Shown: positions 26,276 through 37,045 of the stretch, piece after piece
How the letters are laid out: every line of letters begins with the position of its first letter
Numbering within the stretch: the first letter of the stretch is position 1
Translations under genes and position numbers: made by a program
Notes under the pieces: model-generated
What the model was told of the DNA's origin: nothing
What the model saw: only the letters and a program-made list of their open reading frames with translations
Database searches by the model: none
Assembly: GCA_934167495.1 (NCBI GenBank)
Contig: CAKPKP010000005.1
Coordinates: 19,451-83,450 of the forward strand
DNA length: 64,000 bases
Source: an uncultured Clostridia bacterium
Lineage (GTDB): Bacteria > Bacillota > Clostridia > TANB77 > CAG-508
Reading direction: 5' to 3'

Positions 26276-28058
26276 TTCCTCCTATATCAGTATCGATTGG
26301 TATATATTTTTTCTTTTCTATTGTGAACATTTTTCCTGTAGAAACATCAATATATTTTCTAACTCTTCGTTTAATCGTTTTTCTACCTTCTTGAACTTCC
26401 TCTTTTAAATGTTCTGGAAACTCATCAGCCTTTCTTAAAAAATTTAAATGTTTTACAAATTTGTATCTTTCATCATTTTCTTTACACTCTAATGATAATT
26501 GTCTTATTTCATTTTTATGATTTTTATCTAACGGAAGAAAATTTTGAGTTTTTATAATACTATTTCTATACACAAAATCATCTCCACCATCATAAATTGG
26601 AATTATCATATCATTTTTAATCATTCTCAATTTATCTTCTAAATCTTCTCTTTTCATGTGAACTCTTAAAGGCATATTAAATCCCTCATAATCAATTCCT
26701 ATTAAAACATACTTTTTCTCAGTTATCGGCTTTTTGGCTTCACCAAACTCTTCAATATATCCCCAATTTCTAATTTTTTCATTATTTAAAAAAGTGTTCA
26801 ATAAATTCATTAGTGTTGCATCTTTACAAAAATATATATTTTCCTTATTAGTATATAATATTATACTATCTGCTATATCTGAATATAAAGAATTTTGCGA
26901 TTGTGGTAATATTTTATCAAAGTATTTTTTATATTCATCTCTGTATTTTTCGTCAAATTCTTTTAAAGCTTCTGTAGGATCATATACTATTCTATTTCCT
27001 CTTTTTGAAAATTCATATTTTTTTACATCTTGAGATGTGGTTGAAATAGTTGCTTTACTAATAATTTGCATAAATGAAGATTTTATTGCTAGAGCATCTA
27101 TCATATCTGGTGTTATTTCAATTTCTTTTCCTTCTTTTATATCTTTAAAAACATTCAATGTTGACAAAAAGAATATTCCATCATTTATGGATTTTGTTTC
27201 TTTAGCAAATCTATTTTGCCAAAAAGTATTTAATATTGCAAGTTTTTCTAAATCTAATGTTTTCAAATAATCTTCATCAAATAAATCTTTTATAGCTATT
27301 TTTGATTTATCATTATTACTGTTATCCAAATCATTTTCTAACTGTTCCAACCCAATTCTTCTCATATTTATATCATTTATTGCATTCATTTGATCCAACA
27401 ATTCAAATGTTTCAAAAAACTGACCTATTTGAACCATTAATCTTATGTACTTAGCTTTTAAGATCTTTTCAACTTCTATTTTATTTTGTTTAATAAATTC
27501 TACTAATTGATCTCTTTCTTCTCCAGAAATCATTCCATATATTTTTTCAATTGAAACTCTTGTCTTGTTAGGTATTGTATATTTTGATTTGTCATTCATG
27601 TATTCTTTAATATCACTTATTGTATCTTCGCCTAATTCAGCTTTCTGCTTTCTAAGCATTGCTAGTAATGGTTTTATATTTTCTCTGCTATTAGTTGATG
27701 AATCTTCAAAAGTTAATTCCATTCCTTCAATAAAATTTGATAAATCCATATCTTTTATTTTATCATATTCTTCATATATAATCTTTTTATCCTTCAAAAC
27801 ATCTTCACTCATTACTATTTGATTAATCTCCGATACACAATCCGCATTTTCTGTATATTCTATAGTCATATTGCTCGTTTTTTCTTTTATTAATTCATTA
27901 ATTTCTAGTTCAGATAAATCAGGGTTTGCATCATATAGTTTTTTTACATATTTTATTGCTTTTTGGATATATGAATAAATAGCTCTATAATTTTGATCTT
28001 TATTTCTTTCACAAAATCTTATTGTTTTAGCAAAATTAATTTTCATAAATCTCTCCAT
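26241..28058 (-). CDS. Hypothetical 605-aa protein (accessory, AT-rich)
   Basis: Long uninterrupted ORF; no assignable motif. Confidence 0.4.
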   Translation of the reverse strand: MERFMKINFAKTIRFCERNKDQNYRAIYSYIQKAIKYVKKLYDANPDLSELEINELIKEKTSNMTIEYTENADCVSEINQIVMSEDVLKDKKIIYEEYDKIKDMDLSNFIEGMELTFEDSSTNSRENIKPLLAMLRKQKAELGEDTISDIKEYMNDKSKYTIPNKTRVSIEKIYGMISGEERDQLVEFIKQNKIEVEKILKAKYIRLMVQIGQFFETFELLDQMNAINDINMRRIGLEQLENDLDNSNNDKSKIAIKDLFDEDYLKTLDLEKLAILNTFWQNRFAKETKSINDGIFFLSTLNVFKDIKEGKEIEITPDMIDALAIKSSFMQIISKATISTTSQDVKKYEFSKRGNRIVYDPTEALKEFDEKYRDEYKKYFDKILPQSQNSLYSDIADSIILYTNKENIYFCKDATLMNLLNTFLNNEKIRNWGYIEEFGEAKKPITEKKYVLIGIDYEGFNMPLRVHMKREDLEDKLRMIKNDMIIPIYDGGDDFVYRNSIIKTQNFLPLDKNHKNEIRQLSLECKENDERYKFVKHLNFLRKADEFPEHLKEEVQEGRKTIKRRVRKYIDVSTGKMFTIEKKKYIPIDTDIGGIGKNDDGESER

Positions 28059-28126
28059 TTTAATTATTAAGCAGAATACTTTAATACTAAAGCATTCTGC
28101 CTAATTTAATGTATTTTTATTATATT

Positions 28127-28618
28127 CTATTCTTTATTTTCTTTTGATTCTTCTTCGTTGTTTTCTGTAGTAACATTTTCTTCATGGACTTCTATTATTT
28201 CTACTTCTTTTGCATCTTCTGGTTCTGTTTTTATTTCTACGTTTACAATTTCTTCTTTTGGCTGTTCAGCACCACATTTAGGACAAAATGTAGCATTTAC
28301 ATCTATTTCAGCTGAACATTTCTCACAAGTTTTTATATCTTTTAGTTTTAAAATTTCAGCTTCTGCTTTTTGAATCTCTTTAAATAAAGTAGTTATATTA
28401 TCACAAACAGCTTGAATTTCTTCTTCACTTGAAGTATTTCCATTTGTTCTATTTTCATAAATCTTTTTACCTAATTCATTATAAGCTTTTTGGATTTTTT
28501 CTTTGTTCTCAGAAATTTTTCCTCTTAATTTTAATTCTCCAGATATTTTATTAGTTTTTTCTTTTGTTACTTTATAAGTTTCGCTTGCCTTTTTAGTTAA
28601 TTTGTCAAAAAACTCCAT
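28127..28618 (-). CDS. Zinc-ribbon domain protein with coiled-coil N-terminal part
   Basis: CEKCSAEIDVNATFCPKCGA (CxxC...CxxC). The likely true start is MEFFDKL rather than the upstream Met in the track. Confidence 0.45.
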   Translation of the reverse strand: MEFFDKLTKKASETYKVTKEKTNKISGELKLRGKISENKEKIQKAYNELGKKIYENRTNGNTSSEEEIQAVCDNITTLFKEIQKAEAEILKLKDIKTCEKCSAEIDVNATFCPKCGAEQPKEEIVNVEIKTEPEDAKEVEIIEVHEENVTTENNEEESKENKE

Positions 28619-28669
28619 TTTAATACCTCCTATAATTAATATTTCCATAACAATTTTAGCTATTCATGT

Positions 28670-29650
28670 TTATTCTTCTTTTAACTCTCTTGTCATTAAC
28701 ATATTTACTGCATCTTTTGGCTTTAAATTATTATACAATACATTATAAACACAGTCAACTATTGGCATTTCTATATTGTATCTTTTACTTAATTTATATG
28801 CTACTTCTATGTTATCTATACTTTCAATAGTCATTCCTATTTCTTTTCTTACTTCTTCAATACTTTTTCCTTTGCCAACTAAGAATCCAGCACCTCTATT
28901 TCTACTATGTAAGCTTCCACATGTAACTATTAAATCTCCAAGTCCAGTTAATCCATAAAAAGTATCTTTATTTCCACCCATTGCAACACCAAGTCTTGTT
29001 ATTTCAACTAATCCTCTAGTAATTAATGCTGCATATGAATTATCCCCTAATTCTAATCCAGCTGCAATTCCAGCACAGAATGCAATTATGTTTTTTAATG
29101 CTCCACCAAGTTCAACACCTTTAACATCTTTTGATGTATACATTCTAACTTTTTCACTTTTAAAAGCTTCTACAACTTTTTCTTTAACTTCATCATACTC
29201 TGAAGCAATAACTAAAGCTGTTGGAATTCCTATTGAAACTTCTTCAGCATGGCTAGGTCCAGATAATATACCATATTTAGAATTTGGTAATTCTGCTTTT
29301 ATTATCTCATCTAGTGTTGATAAAGATTCTTGTTCAAATCCCTTTGAGCACATTATTATGTATTGATTAGTAACAAATTCTTTATATCCATTAATTATGT
29401 TTCTAACAAATTTTGATGGTGTAACATGTAAAATTAATTCTGTTCCTTCTATTGCTTCTTTATAATCTAAGGTACATTCTACATTTTCAGGAATAACAAC
29501 ACCAGGAAGAAATTTACACTTTTTTTCATTATTTATTAAGTTTTTTTCTTCTTCAGCAAATGACCATATTTTTACTTTATTACCTTGTTTTGCAAGGTGT
29601 ATTGCTAATGCAACACCCCAACTTCCGCTTCCTATTATAGCTATATTCAT
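28670..29650 (-). CDS. gpsA: NAD(P)H-dependent glycerol-3-phosphate dehydrogenase
   Basis: MNIAIIGSGSWGVALAIHLA Rossmann N-terminus; collinear with GpsA. Confidence 0.9.
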   Translation of the reverse strand: MNIAIIGSGSWGVALAIHLAKQGNKVKIWSFAEEEKNLINNEKKCKFLPGVVIPENVECTLDYKEAIEGTELILHVTPSKFVRNIINGYKEFVTNQYIIMCSKGFEQESLSTLDEIIKAELPNSKYGILSGPSHAEEVSIGIPTALVIASEYDEVKEKVVEAFKSEKVRMYTSKDVKGVELGGALKNIIAFCAGIAAGLELGDNSYAALITRGLVEITRLGVAMGGNKDTFYGLTGLGDLIVTCGSLHSRNRGAGFLVGKGKSIEEVRKEIGMTIESIDNIEVAYKLSKRYNIEMPIVDCVYNVLYNNLKPKDAVNMLMTRELKEE

Positions 29651-29666
29651 TTTATTTCCTCCACAT

Positions 29667-30308
29667 TTATTCTTCTTTTTTACTAAAACTTAGTTTATTC
29701 TCATTTCCAGCTAATATTCTCTTTATATTGGTTCTATGGTTGAAAATAACAATAACAGCCATTAATAATCCAAATATTATATAATTTCCATCATATAAAT
29801 AATTGCTATGTATAAAAAGTGTTAGCACTGGAAGTAAAACTCCAGCTAATATTGAACCTAATGAAACCATTTTAGTTGCTGCCATTATAATTATTGCAAA
29901 TACTAAACAAATCAAACCAATTTGATAATTTATTAACATTATAACTCCAAGACTTGTAGCAACTCCTTTTCCACCTCTAAATTCAAAGAATATTGGAAAA
30001 GTATGTCCTAACACTGCACATATACCAGCAATTTGTACTAATAAAGCTCCATTTACATCTTCTACATATTTTGCTACAAAATATGCTATTAAAACAGCCA
30101 CAATTCCTTTTAATATATCACATACTAATGTTAAAGCAGCTACCTTCTTTCCTACTGTTCTTAATACATTTGTTGTTCCTGCATTTTTACTTCCTTTTTC
30201 TCTTACATCAAACCCAGCAAATTTTCTACTAAATATTACTGAAAAACTTATACTTCCTAGAAAATATGCCACAACCGCAATTATTATATAAGCTACCATT
30301 TTCTTCAC
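29667..30308 (-). CDS. plsY: Glycerol-3-phosphate acyltransferase PlsY
   Basis: About 210-aa polytopic membrane protein with GSGNIGATN-like motif (GTTNVLRTVGKK), adjacent to gpsA as in Firmicutes. Confidence 0.85.
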   Translation of the reverse strand: MKKMVAYIIIAVVAYFLGSISFSVIFSRKFAGFDVREKGSKNAGTTNVLRTVGKKVAALTLVCDILKGIVAVLIAYFVAKYVEDVNGALLVQIAGICAVLGHTFPIFFEFRGGKGVATSLGVIMLINYQIGLICLVFAIIIMAATKMVSLGSILAGVLLPVLTLFIHSNYLYDGNYIIFGLLMAVIVIFNHRTNIKRILAGNENKLSFSKKEE

Positions 30309-30312
30309 CTCT

Positions 30313-31695
30313 TTAGAATATCATTTTTTTCATTAACCATGAATTTAATTCATTTATATTTATTCTTTCTTGTTCCATTGTATCTCTATCTCTAACTGTA
30401 ACACAATTATCATTCTCAGTTTCAAAATCAATAGTTACACAATATGGTGTTCCAATTTCATCTTCTCTTCTATATCTTTTTCCTATACTACCAGCTTCAT
30501 CATAATCACACATAAAATCTTTTGCAAGCATATTATATACTTCTGTTGCTTTATCTGATAATTTTTTAGATAAAGGTAATACAGCTACTTTATAAGGTGC
30601 TAATGCAGGATGTAAATGTAATACTATTCTTGTATCTCCTTCTGCAATTTCTTCTTCCTCATAACTGTTGCATAAGAAAGCTAAAACAACTCTATCAGCC
30701 CCTAAAGAAGGTTCTATTACATATGGCACAAATTTTTCATTTGTTTCAGGATCTTGATATGATAAATCTTGTTTTGAATGATTCATATGTTGTGTTAAAT
30801 CATAATCTGTTCTATCAGCAATTCCCCATAATTCTCCCCAACCAAATGGAAATGCAAATTCAATATCTGTTGTTGCTTTGCTATAGAAAACTAACTCTTC
30901 TTTAGAGTGATCTCTTAAACGTATATTTTCTTTTTTCATTCCTAATGATAATAGCCAATTTTCAGAATATTCTTTCCAATATTTATGCCATTCTAAATCA
31001 GTTCCTGGTTTACAGAAAAATTCAAGTTCCATTTGTTCAAATTCTCTTGTTCTAAAAGTAAAGTTTCCTGGTGTTATTTCATTTCTAAAAGCTTTTCCTA
31101 TTTGTGCTATTCCCATAGGTAATTTTTTTCTTGATGTTCTTAAAACATTTTTAAAATCAACAAAAATACCTTGAGCTGTTTCTGGTCTTAAATAAATTTC
31201 TGCTTTTGAATCTTCTGTTACACCTTGAAAAGTTTTAAACATTAAATTGAATTTTCTAATGTCTGTAAAATTAGTTTTTCCACAAGATGGACATGGAATT
31301 TTATTTTCTACTATAAAATCTATTAATTCCTTATCGCTCATACCATCTGCTATCATATCTTTTCCATTATTATGAGCCCATTCTTCTATTAATTTATCTG
31401 CTCTATGTCTTGTTTTACATTCTTTACAATCTATAAGTGGATCAGAGAAACCACCAACGTGTCCAGAAGCTACCCAAGTTTCAGGATTCATTAATATAGC
31501 AGCATCTAATCCTACTATATTTGGTTGCTCTTGTATAAATTTTTTTCTCCATGCTGACTTCACATTATTTTTTAATTCTACACCCAAAGGGCCGTAATCC
31601 CAAGTATTGGCCAAGCCTCCATATATTTCAGAACCTGGATATATGTATCCTCTAGCTTTACATAGGTTTACTATTTTTTCCATTGAATCTAACAT
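30313..31695 (-). CDS. glyQS: Glycine--tRNA ligase (single-chain class II)
   Basis: 460-aa protein with class-II motifs (FRNEISP..., GIGIDR-like GADRVVLA) and an anticodon-binding C-terminus. Confidence 0.9.
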   Translation of the reverse strand: MLDSMEKIVNLCKARGYIYPGSEIYGGLANTWDYGPLGVELKNNVKSAWRKKFIQEQPNIVGLDAAILMNPETWVASGHVGGFSDPLIDCKECKTRHRADKLIEEWAHNNGKDMIADGMSDKELIDFIVENKIPCPSCGKTNFTDIRKFNLMFKTFQGVTEDSKAEIYLRPETAQGIFVDFKNVLRTSRKKLPMGIAQIGKAFRNEITPGNFTFRTREFEQMELEFFCKPGTDLEWHKYWKEYSENWLLSLGMKKENIRLRDHSKEELVFYSKATTDIEFAFPFGWGELWGIADRTDYDLTQHMNHSKQDLSYQDPETNEKFVPYVIEPSLGADRVVLAFLCNSYEEEEIAEGDTRIVLHLHPALAPYKVAVLPLSKKLSDKATEVYNMLAKDFMCDYDEAGSIGKRYRREDEIGTPYCVTIDFETENDNCVTVRDRDTMEQERININELNSWLMKKMIF

Positions 31696-32107
31696 TTTTT
31701 AATCACCTTTTTTCATAATTTTTTCTTGTTATACTTTATCAAATATACGAAAAAAAGTCAATGGGTGTGTCAATAAGCCGAAGATTTTTTGTGTCAATGG
31801 GGACGGAGATTTTTGACAACTTTTGTTAACTTATTGACATAATTATTTTATGTTTTGATTATATAATGTTCTTTTTGTGTATTTTGTCACAAAATACTGT
31901 GAATAATTTTTGAGTTTTACTGTTTGTTTTACAGTTATTCACAGAGTTTTCCACATTATCCACAGGTGCATTTTTGTCGTAAAAAGTAAACCAATGTAAA
32001 CTATATATTATGTTATTTATATTATAAAATTTTGGAAAATTTCCTATTGTATAAAAAAATACACCAAAATATCAAATTCCATTTAACATTTCAGTGTATT
32101 TAATAAT

Positions 32108-35100
32108 TTAAAATAAACTCATTTGATTGCTTTTGCTCATTCCATCAAGACATCCTGCATTTTTCAAAGTTTCTATTGCAACTTTTCCTATTTTAGCACG
32201 AATTTGTAAATCATCGATAGACATAAACTTTCCATCATTTTTTGCAATATTTATATTTTCTGCATCAACTGGTCCAAGTCCTGGAATTGCACTAAGTGGT
32301 GGTCTAATTCCTTCATCTTCCATAATAAATTTTATAGAATGTGATTTATACAAATCTACTGGTAAGAATTTTATTCCTCTTTCATTCATCTCCAGAACTA
32401 ACTCTAAAACAGGATACATTTCTTTATCTTTATTTTGAGCTGCATTTCCAGCTAAATCTATTTCTTTCATTTTATTTTTTACTTTATCTTTTCCATGGCA
32501 CATTATTTCGCTATCAAATTGTTTTGCTCTAATAGAAAAATATGCAGAATAATATGCTTTTGGTATATGCACTTTAAACCATGCAATTCTAAATGCCATT
32601 GTAACATATGCAGCAGCATGAGCTTTTGGGAACATATATTTTATTTTTTTACAAGCTGCTATATACCAATCTGGAACTCCATGTTCTTTCATCATTTCTT
32701 CCTGCTCTGGCTTCAAACCTTTTCCTTTACGAACACTCTCCATTATTTTGAATGCTGGATTTGGTGGCAATCCTTGTTTTATTAAATAAATCATAATATC
32801 ATCTCTTGTACATATAGCTTCGTCCAATTTTATAATACCTTGATTTATTAAATCTTGAGCATTGTTAAGCCACACATCAGTACCATGTGACAATCCAGAT
32901 ATTCTTATAAGCTCTTCAAAAGTTTTTGGTTTTGTATCTAAAAGCATTCCTCTTACGAATTTTGTTCCAAACTCTGGTACTCCAAAACTTGCAACTTCTG
33001 AGTTTATTTGCTCTGGAGTAATTCCTAATGCATCTGTAGAACTAAATATACTCATTGTAGGTTTATCATCTAATGGTATTTTAGTTGGATCTATTCCTGT
33101 TATATCTTGAAGCATTCTTATAATTGTCGGATCATCATGGCCAAGTATATCTAATTTTAATAAGTTTTGATCTATTGAGTGATAATCAAAGTGTGTTGTT
33201 ATTATATCTGAATTCGGATCATCCGCTGGATGCTGTACAGGAGTAAATTCAAAAATCTCTCTTCCTTTTGGAACAACTATAATTCCACCTGGATGTTGAC
33301 CTGTTGTTCTTTTTATTCCTGTACATCCAACAGATAATCTTGATATCTCTGCACTACTTACAGGAATATGTCTATCTTCATAATATCCTTTTACATATCC
33401 ATATGCTGTTTTATCGGCAATTGTACCAACTGTACCAGCTTTAAAAGTTGTACCTTTTCCAAATATTACTTCTGTATACTTATGAGCTTTTGCTTGATAT
33501 TCTCCTGAAAAGTTTAAGTCTATATCAGGCTCTTTATCTCCATTAAATCCTAAGAATGTTTCAAAAGGTATATCCATTCCATCTTTATCTAATTTATGTC
33601 CACATTTTGGACAATCCTTATCTGGTAAATCAAATCCGTTTTTATATCCATAGTCTGTAAAATCTGAATATTTACAATTAGGACATCTATAATGTGCTTG
33701 AAGTGAATTAACTTCAGTTATACCTGTCATGTTTGCAACAAATGAAGATCCTACTGATCCTCTTGAACCAACCAAATATCCATCCTCATTAGATTTCCAA
33801 ACCAATTTCTGAGCAATAATATACATAACAGAGAAACCATTTCTTATTATAGAATCTAATTCTTTATCTAGTCTAGTTTGAACTATTTCTGGTAATGGAT
33901 CTCCATATAATTCATGAGCTTTATTATAAGCTATTTCCTTTATTGTTTCTTCACAACCTGGAATGTGTGGAGGACATTTTTCTCCTGAAATAGGGCTTAT
34001 TTTTTCACACATATCTGCTATTTTATTTGTGTTTGTTACAACAACTTCATAAGCCTTTTCTTCACCCAAATATAAAAATTCATCAAGCATTTCTTCAGTT
34101 GTTCTTAAGAATAATGGTGCTTGCATATCTGCATCATCATACTTTTGACCAGCTTGTAAAATTCTTCTATATATTTCATCTTGTGGATCCATAAAATGAA
34201 CATCACAAGTAGCGACAACAGGTTTCTCTAGTTTTTCTCCTAATTTTACTATCTTTCTATTTATATTTCTTAATCCTTCATCATCTTCTACAGTACCATT
34301 TCTAACTAGGTATTCATCATTTCCTATTGGTTGAATTTCCAAATAATCATAATATTTTGCAATTTCTTCTATCTCTTCATCTGGCTTACCTGCTACTATT
34401 GCTCTATATAATTCTCCGGCTTCACATGCACTACCTAAAATTAAACCTTCTCTATATTTCTCAAACAAACTCTTTAATATAATCGGTTTTTTATAGAAAT
34501 AATATAAGTGAGAATAAGATATTAATTTATATAAATTTCTAAGTCCAATATAATTTCTTGCAAGAATAATAGCATGATATGGATGTGGCATTTTATAAGC
34601 CTCTTTTAAAGCTTTTTCATCAACACCTAATACATCTATGTCATCTACTTTTTTAACACCTTTTTCTTTTAGCATTTCTAACATTTTTTCAAATACAGCA
34701 ACTAAAGTAATAACATCATCTAATGCTCTATGTGCGTTTTCAACTTTTATTCCTAAATTATCTGCAATTATTCCTAATTTATACTTCTTATAATCTGGAA
34801 ATAAAGCCTTTGAAAGTCTTAAAGTATCAATGTATGTATTATTAAAATCTAATCCTAAAACTTCACAATTATATTTAATAAATCCCATATCAAAATCCGC
34901 ATTATGAGCTACTAATACAGAATTTCCTATAAATTCTAAAACTTTTGGCATTACTTTATCTATTGTTTCTGCATCTTTTACCATGTCATCAGTTATATGT
35001 GTTACTTCTACTACTTCTGGTGGAATTGGTTTCTCTGGATTTACAAAACATTCAAATTCTGCTATTCTCTCTCCATTCTTATATTTTATTATTCCTACTT

Positions 35101-36451
35101 CTGTTATTTTTTCTGTTCTAAATGAAATACCTGTTGTTTCTAAATCTAAAACACAATATTCTGTATCTATATCTTGTCCTTTTGGGAATGTTACACTATT
35201 ATTTCTGTCTGGCACAAAATATGCCTCAACTCCATATATTACTTTTAAATCAGCTCCTGTTTTCTCTAAATATTTATGAGCTTCTGGGAAACTTTGAGCA
35301 ACACCATGGTCAGTTATAGCAATTGATTTCCAGCCCCATTTTATAGCCTTTTTTAATAATTCTGCCGCTGGAGTTACCGCATCCATTTGACTCATCTGAG
35401 TATGCATATGAAGTTCAACTCTTTTTACCTCAGAATTATCCATTCTTACTTCTTTTTTCATTCCAGCTGTTTCTATTATTGCATTTGCCATTATTGTAAT
35501 CTCTTTAGCAAAATTATCAAAAGAAGCTATACCGTCTACTTTTACACCTTTTGCACTTTTAATTCTATCCAAAACACCTTTAAATTTTGCTTTTTCTATA
35601 AAAGCTTTACATGTTATAGAGCTTGTTTTATCGTATACATTAAACATTAAAATTACTTTTTCATTTTTAATTTCTCTTGAATCTATACTACCTTCTATAA
35701 CTTCACCATCTATAACAACTTTATTACTATCTGGACCTATTTCACTTATTTTAGTAAAATCACCCTTCAAATTCATATTTCTACCATATATTAAAGGTGT
35801 TACTTCTTCTGGTTCTTCTCCTGTTTCTTCAGCTTTCATTTGAGCTTCAATCGCACTTGCTAAAGCTTCTTCTTCTTTTTTCTTAGCAATTTCTGCTTGT
35901 GCAATTTTGTTTAGTTCATTAATAGCTGCTTGTTCTTCTTTTTTTACTTGTTCATCATATAATTTCAAATCTTCTTCAGTCATATTATCAATGTATTTTA
36001 CTTCATATTTTTTATTATATAAATTTTCTAATAAGTGACTTAATCCTTTATCGAATTTTTTAGAATTCAAAAAATCAGAACCCTTTACATTAAGCAATAC
36101 ATCTATTTTATTAGAATTTATTTTTAATTTACTTGTCTTTAGCATTGCCTTTGTTAAAGGTTCTTTTTTTCCTATATAGTTTATAATGTTGTCCCAATTA
36201 TTCTCTATATTATTTTCAAATTCATTTTCCGTTTTATATTTTATTTCTATTAAAGTTCTATCAACTTTAAATCTATCTTTTAAATAATTTTCAAAATTCT
36301 CTATTTCATTTACATTTATCTGATTTTCTGATAATACATCAACTTGCAATTTATTTGTTTTCTTGTATAAACTAACATTTGAAACAATTGCGCTTTTTAT
36401 ATTATCTTCCTCTAAATAATCCTTAAATACATCCCTTATATACTTTTCCAT
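32108..36451 (-). CDS. polC: DNA polymerase III PolC-type (Gram-positive replicative polymerase with inserted 3'-5' exonuclease)
   Basis: 1447 aa; exonuclease motif region (DLETTG...), PHP and polymerase core. Correct size and order next to rseP. Confidence 0.95.
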   Translation of the reverse strand: MEKYIRDVFKDYLEEDNIKSAIVSNVSLYKKTNKLQVDVLSENQINVNEIENFENYLKDRFKVDRTLIEIKYKTENEFENNIENNWDNIINYIGKKEPLTKAMLKTSKLKINSNKIDVLLNVKGSDFLNSKKFDKGLSHLLENLYNKKYEVKYIDNMTEEDLKLYDEQVKKEEQAAINELNKIAQAEIAKKKEEEALASAIEAQMKAEETGEEPEEVTPLIYGRNMNLKGDFTKISEIGPDSNKVVIDGEVIEGSIDSREIKNEKVILMFNVYDKTSSITCKAFIEKAKFKGVLDRIKSAKGVKVDGIASFDNFAKEITIMANAIIETAGMKKEVRMDNSEVKRVELHMHTQMSQMDAVTPAAELLKKAIKWGWKSIAITDHGVAQSFPEAHKYLEKTGADLKVIYGVEAYFVPDRNNSVTFPKGQDIDTEYCVLDLETTGISFRTEKITEVGIIKYKNGERIAEFECFVNPEKPIPPEVVEVTHITDDMVKDAETIDKVMPKVLEFIGNSVLVAHNADFDMGFIKYNCEVLGLDFNNTYIDTLRLSKALFPDYKKYKLGIIADNLGIKVENAHRALDDVITLVAVFEKMLEMLKEKGVKKVDDIDVLGVDEKALKEAYKMPHPYHAIILARNYIGLRNLYKLISYSHLYYFYKKPIILKSLFEKYREGLILGSACEAGELYRAIVAGKPDEEIEEIAKYYDYLEIQPIGNDEYLVRNGTVEDDEGLRNINRKIVKLGEKLEKPVVATCDVHFMDPQDEIYRRILQAGQKYDDADMQAPLFLRTTEEMLDEFLYLGEEKAYEVVVTNTNKIADMCEKISPISGEKCPPHIPGCEETIKEIAYNKAHELYGDPLPEIVQTRLDKELDSIIRNGFSVMYIIAQKLVWKSNEDGYLVGSRGSVGSSFVANMTGITEVNSLQAHYRCPNCKYSDFTDYGYKNGFDLPDKDCPKCGHKLDKDGMDIPFETFLGFNGDKEPDIDLNFSGEYQAKAHKYTEVIFGKGTTFKAGTVGTIADKTAYGYVKGYYEDRHIPVSSAEISRLSVGCTGIKRTTGQHPGGIIVVPKGREIFEFTPVQHPADDPNSDIITTHFDYHSIDQNLLKLDILGHDDPTIIRMLQDITGIDPTKIPLDDKPTMSIFSSTDALGITPEQINSEVASFGVPEFGTKFVRGMLLDTKPKTFEELIRISGLSHGTDVWLNNAQDLINQGIIKLDEAICTRDDIMIYLIKQGLPPNPAFKIMESVRKGKGLKPEQEEMMKEHGVPDWYIAACKKIKYMFPKAHAAAYVTMAFRIAWFKVHIPKAYYSAYFSIRAKQFDSEIMCHGKDKVKNKMKEIDLAGNAAQNKDKEMYPVLELVLEMNERGIKFLPVDLYKSHSIKFIMEDEGIRPPLSAIPGLGPVDAENINIAKNDGKFMSIDDLQIRAKIGKVAIETLKNAGCLDGMSKSNQMSLF

Positions 36452-36474
36452 TTATTCCCCCGATTATATTGTTA

Positions 36475-37026
36475 TCACATAGCAATTATTTTCTTTATAT
36501 CATCAAAAACTTTTTCTACGTCTTCTATACAATCAATATCAATTCCATTATTAAAAATATTACCTGAATTTGTCTTTATTTGAATTTGTCCTAAGTTAAA
36601 AATTCTCTCCCAAAAAGTTTGAGAATATGTTACTTCTTTAATATCTTTATATTTTATAATTTTAGATTCTTTTTTAAAAAAAGTATATTCATATATTAAT
36701 TTTGTTTTATAAAATTTAAATACATATGATTCTATTTTCATCTTTTTTATTAGCATATTTACAAAAAACATTGCTAACATAATAGCTAAGAACACCATAT
36801 ATATTTTTAGCATTGAAAAATTTATTGCTCCTATTAATATAATAATCATAATAAAAGCATTTTCAACATAAAAGCCTGATTGATGAAGTATCTTAAATTT
36901 CTTTTTTAGTTCATATACAACTTCATCATCATTTTTATATTTTTTATCTTCTAATAATTCATTCATACAATTATTACATATATCTCCTGGTTTTGTTAAT
37001 TGAGCTCCACAGATTTGACATTTCAT
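36475..37026 (-). CDS. Small membrane protein with N-terminal zinc ribbon and bPH-like C-terminal region
   Basis: MKCQICGAQLTKPGDICNNCMNEL followed by two TM helices. It occupies the position where proS sits in Bacillus. Confidence 0.4.
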   Translation of the reverse strand: MKCQICGAQLTKPGDICNNCMNELLEDKKYKNDDEVVYELKKKFKILHQSGFYVENAFIMIIILIGAINFSMLKIYMVFLAIMLAMFFVNMLIKKMKIESYVFKFYKTKLIYEYTFFKKESKIIKYKDIKEVTYSQTFWERIFNLGQIQIKTNSGNIFNNGIDIDCIEDVEKVFDDIKKIIAM

Positions 37027-37045
37027 AATATATCACCTATTCCTT

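Noticed and set aside
31696-32107. Expected T-box riboswitch upstream of glyQS
   Set aside because: Searched both strands for the conserved AGGGUGGNACCGCG T-box core and specifier-loop context and found none. Reported instead as DnaA-box and TTGACA repeat observations.
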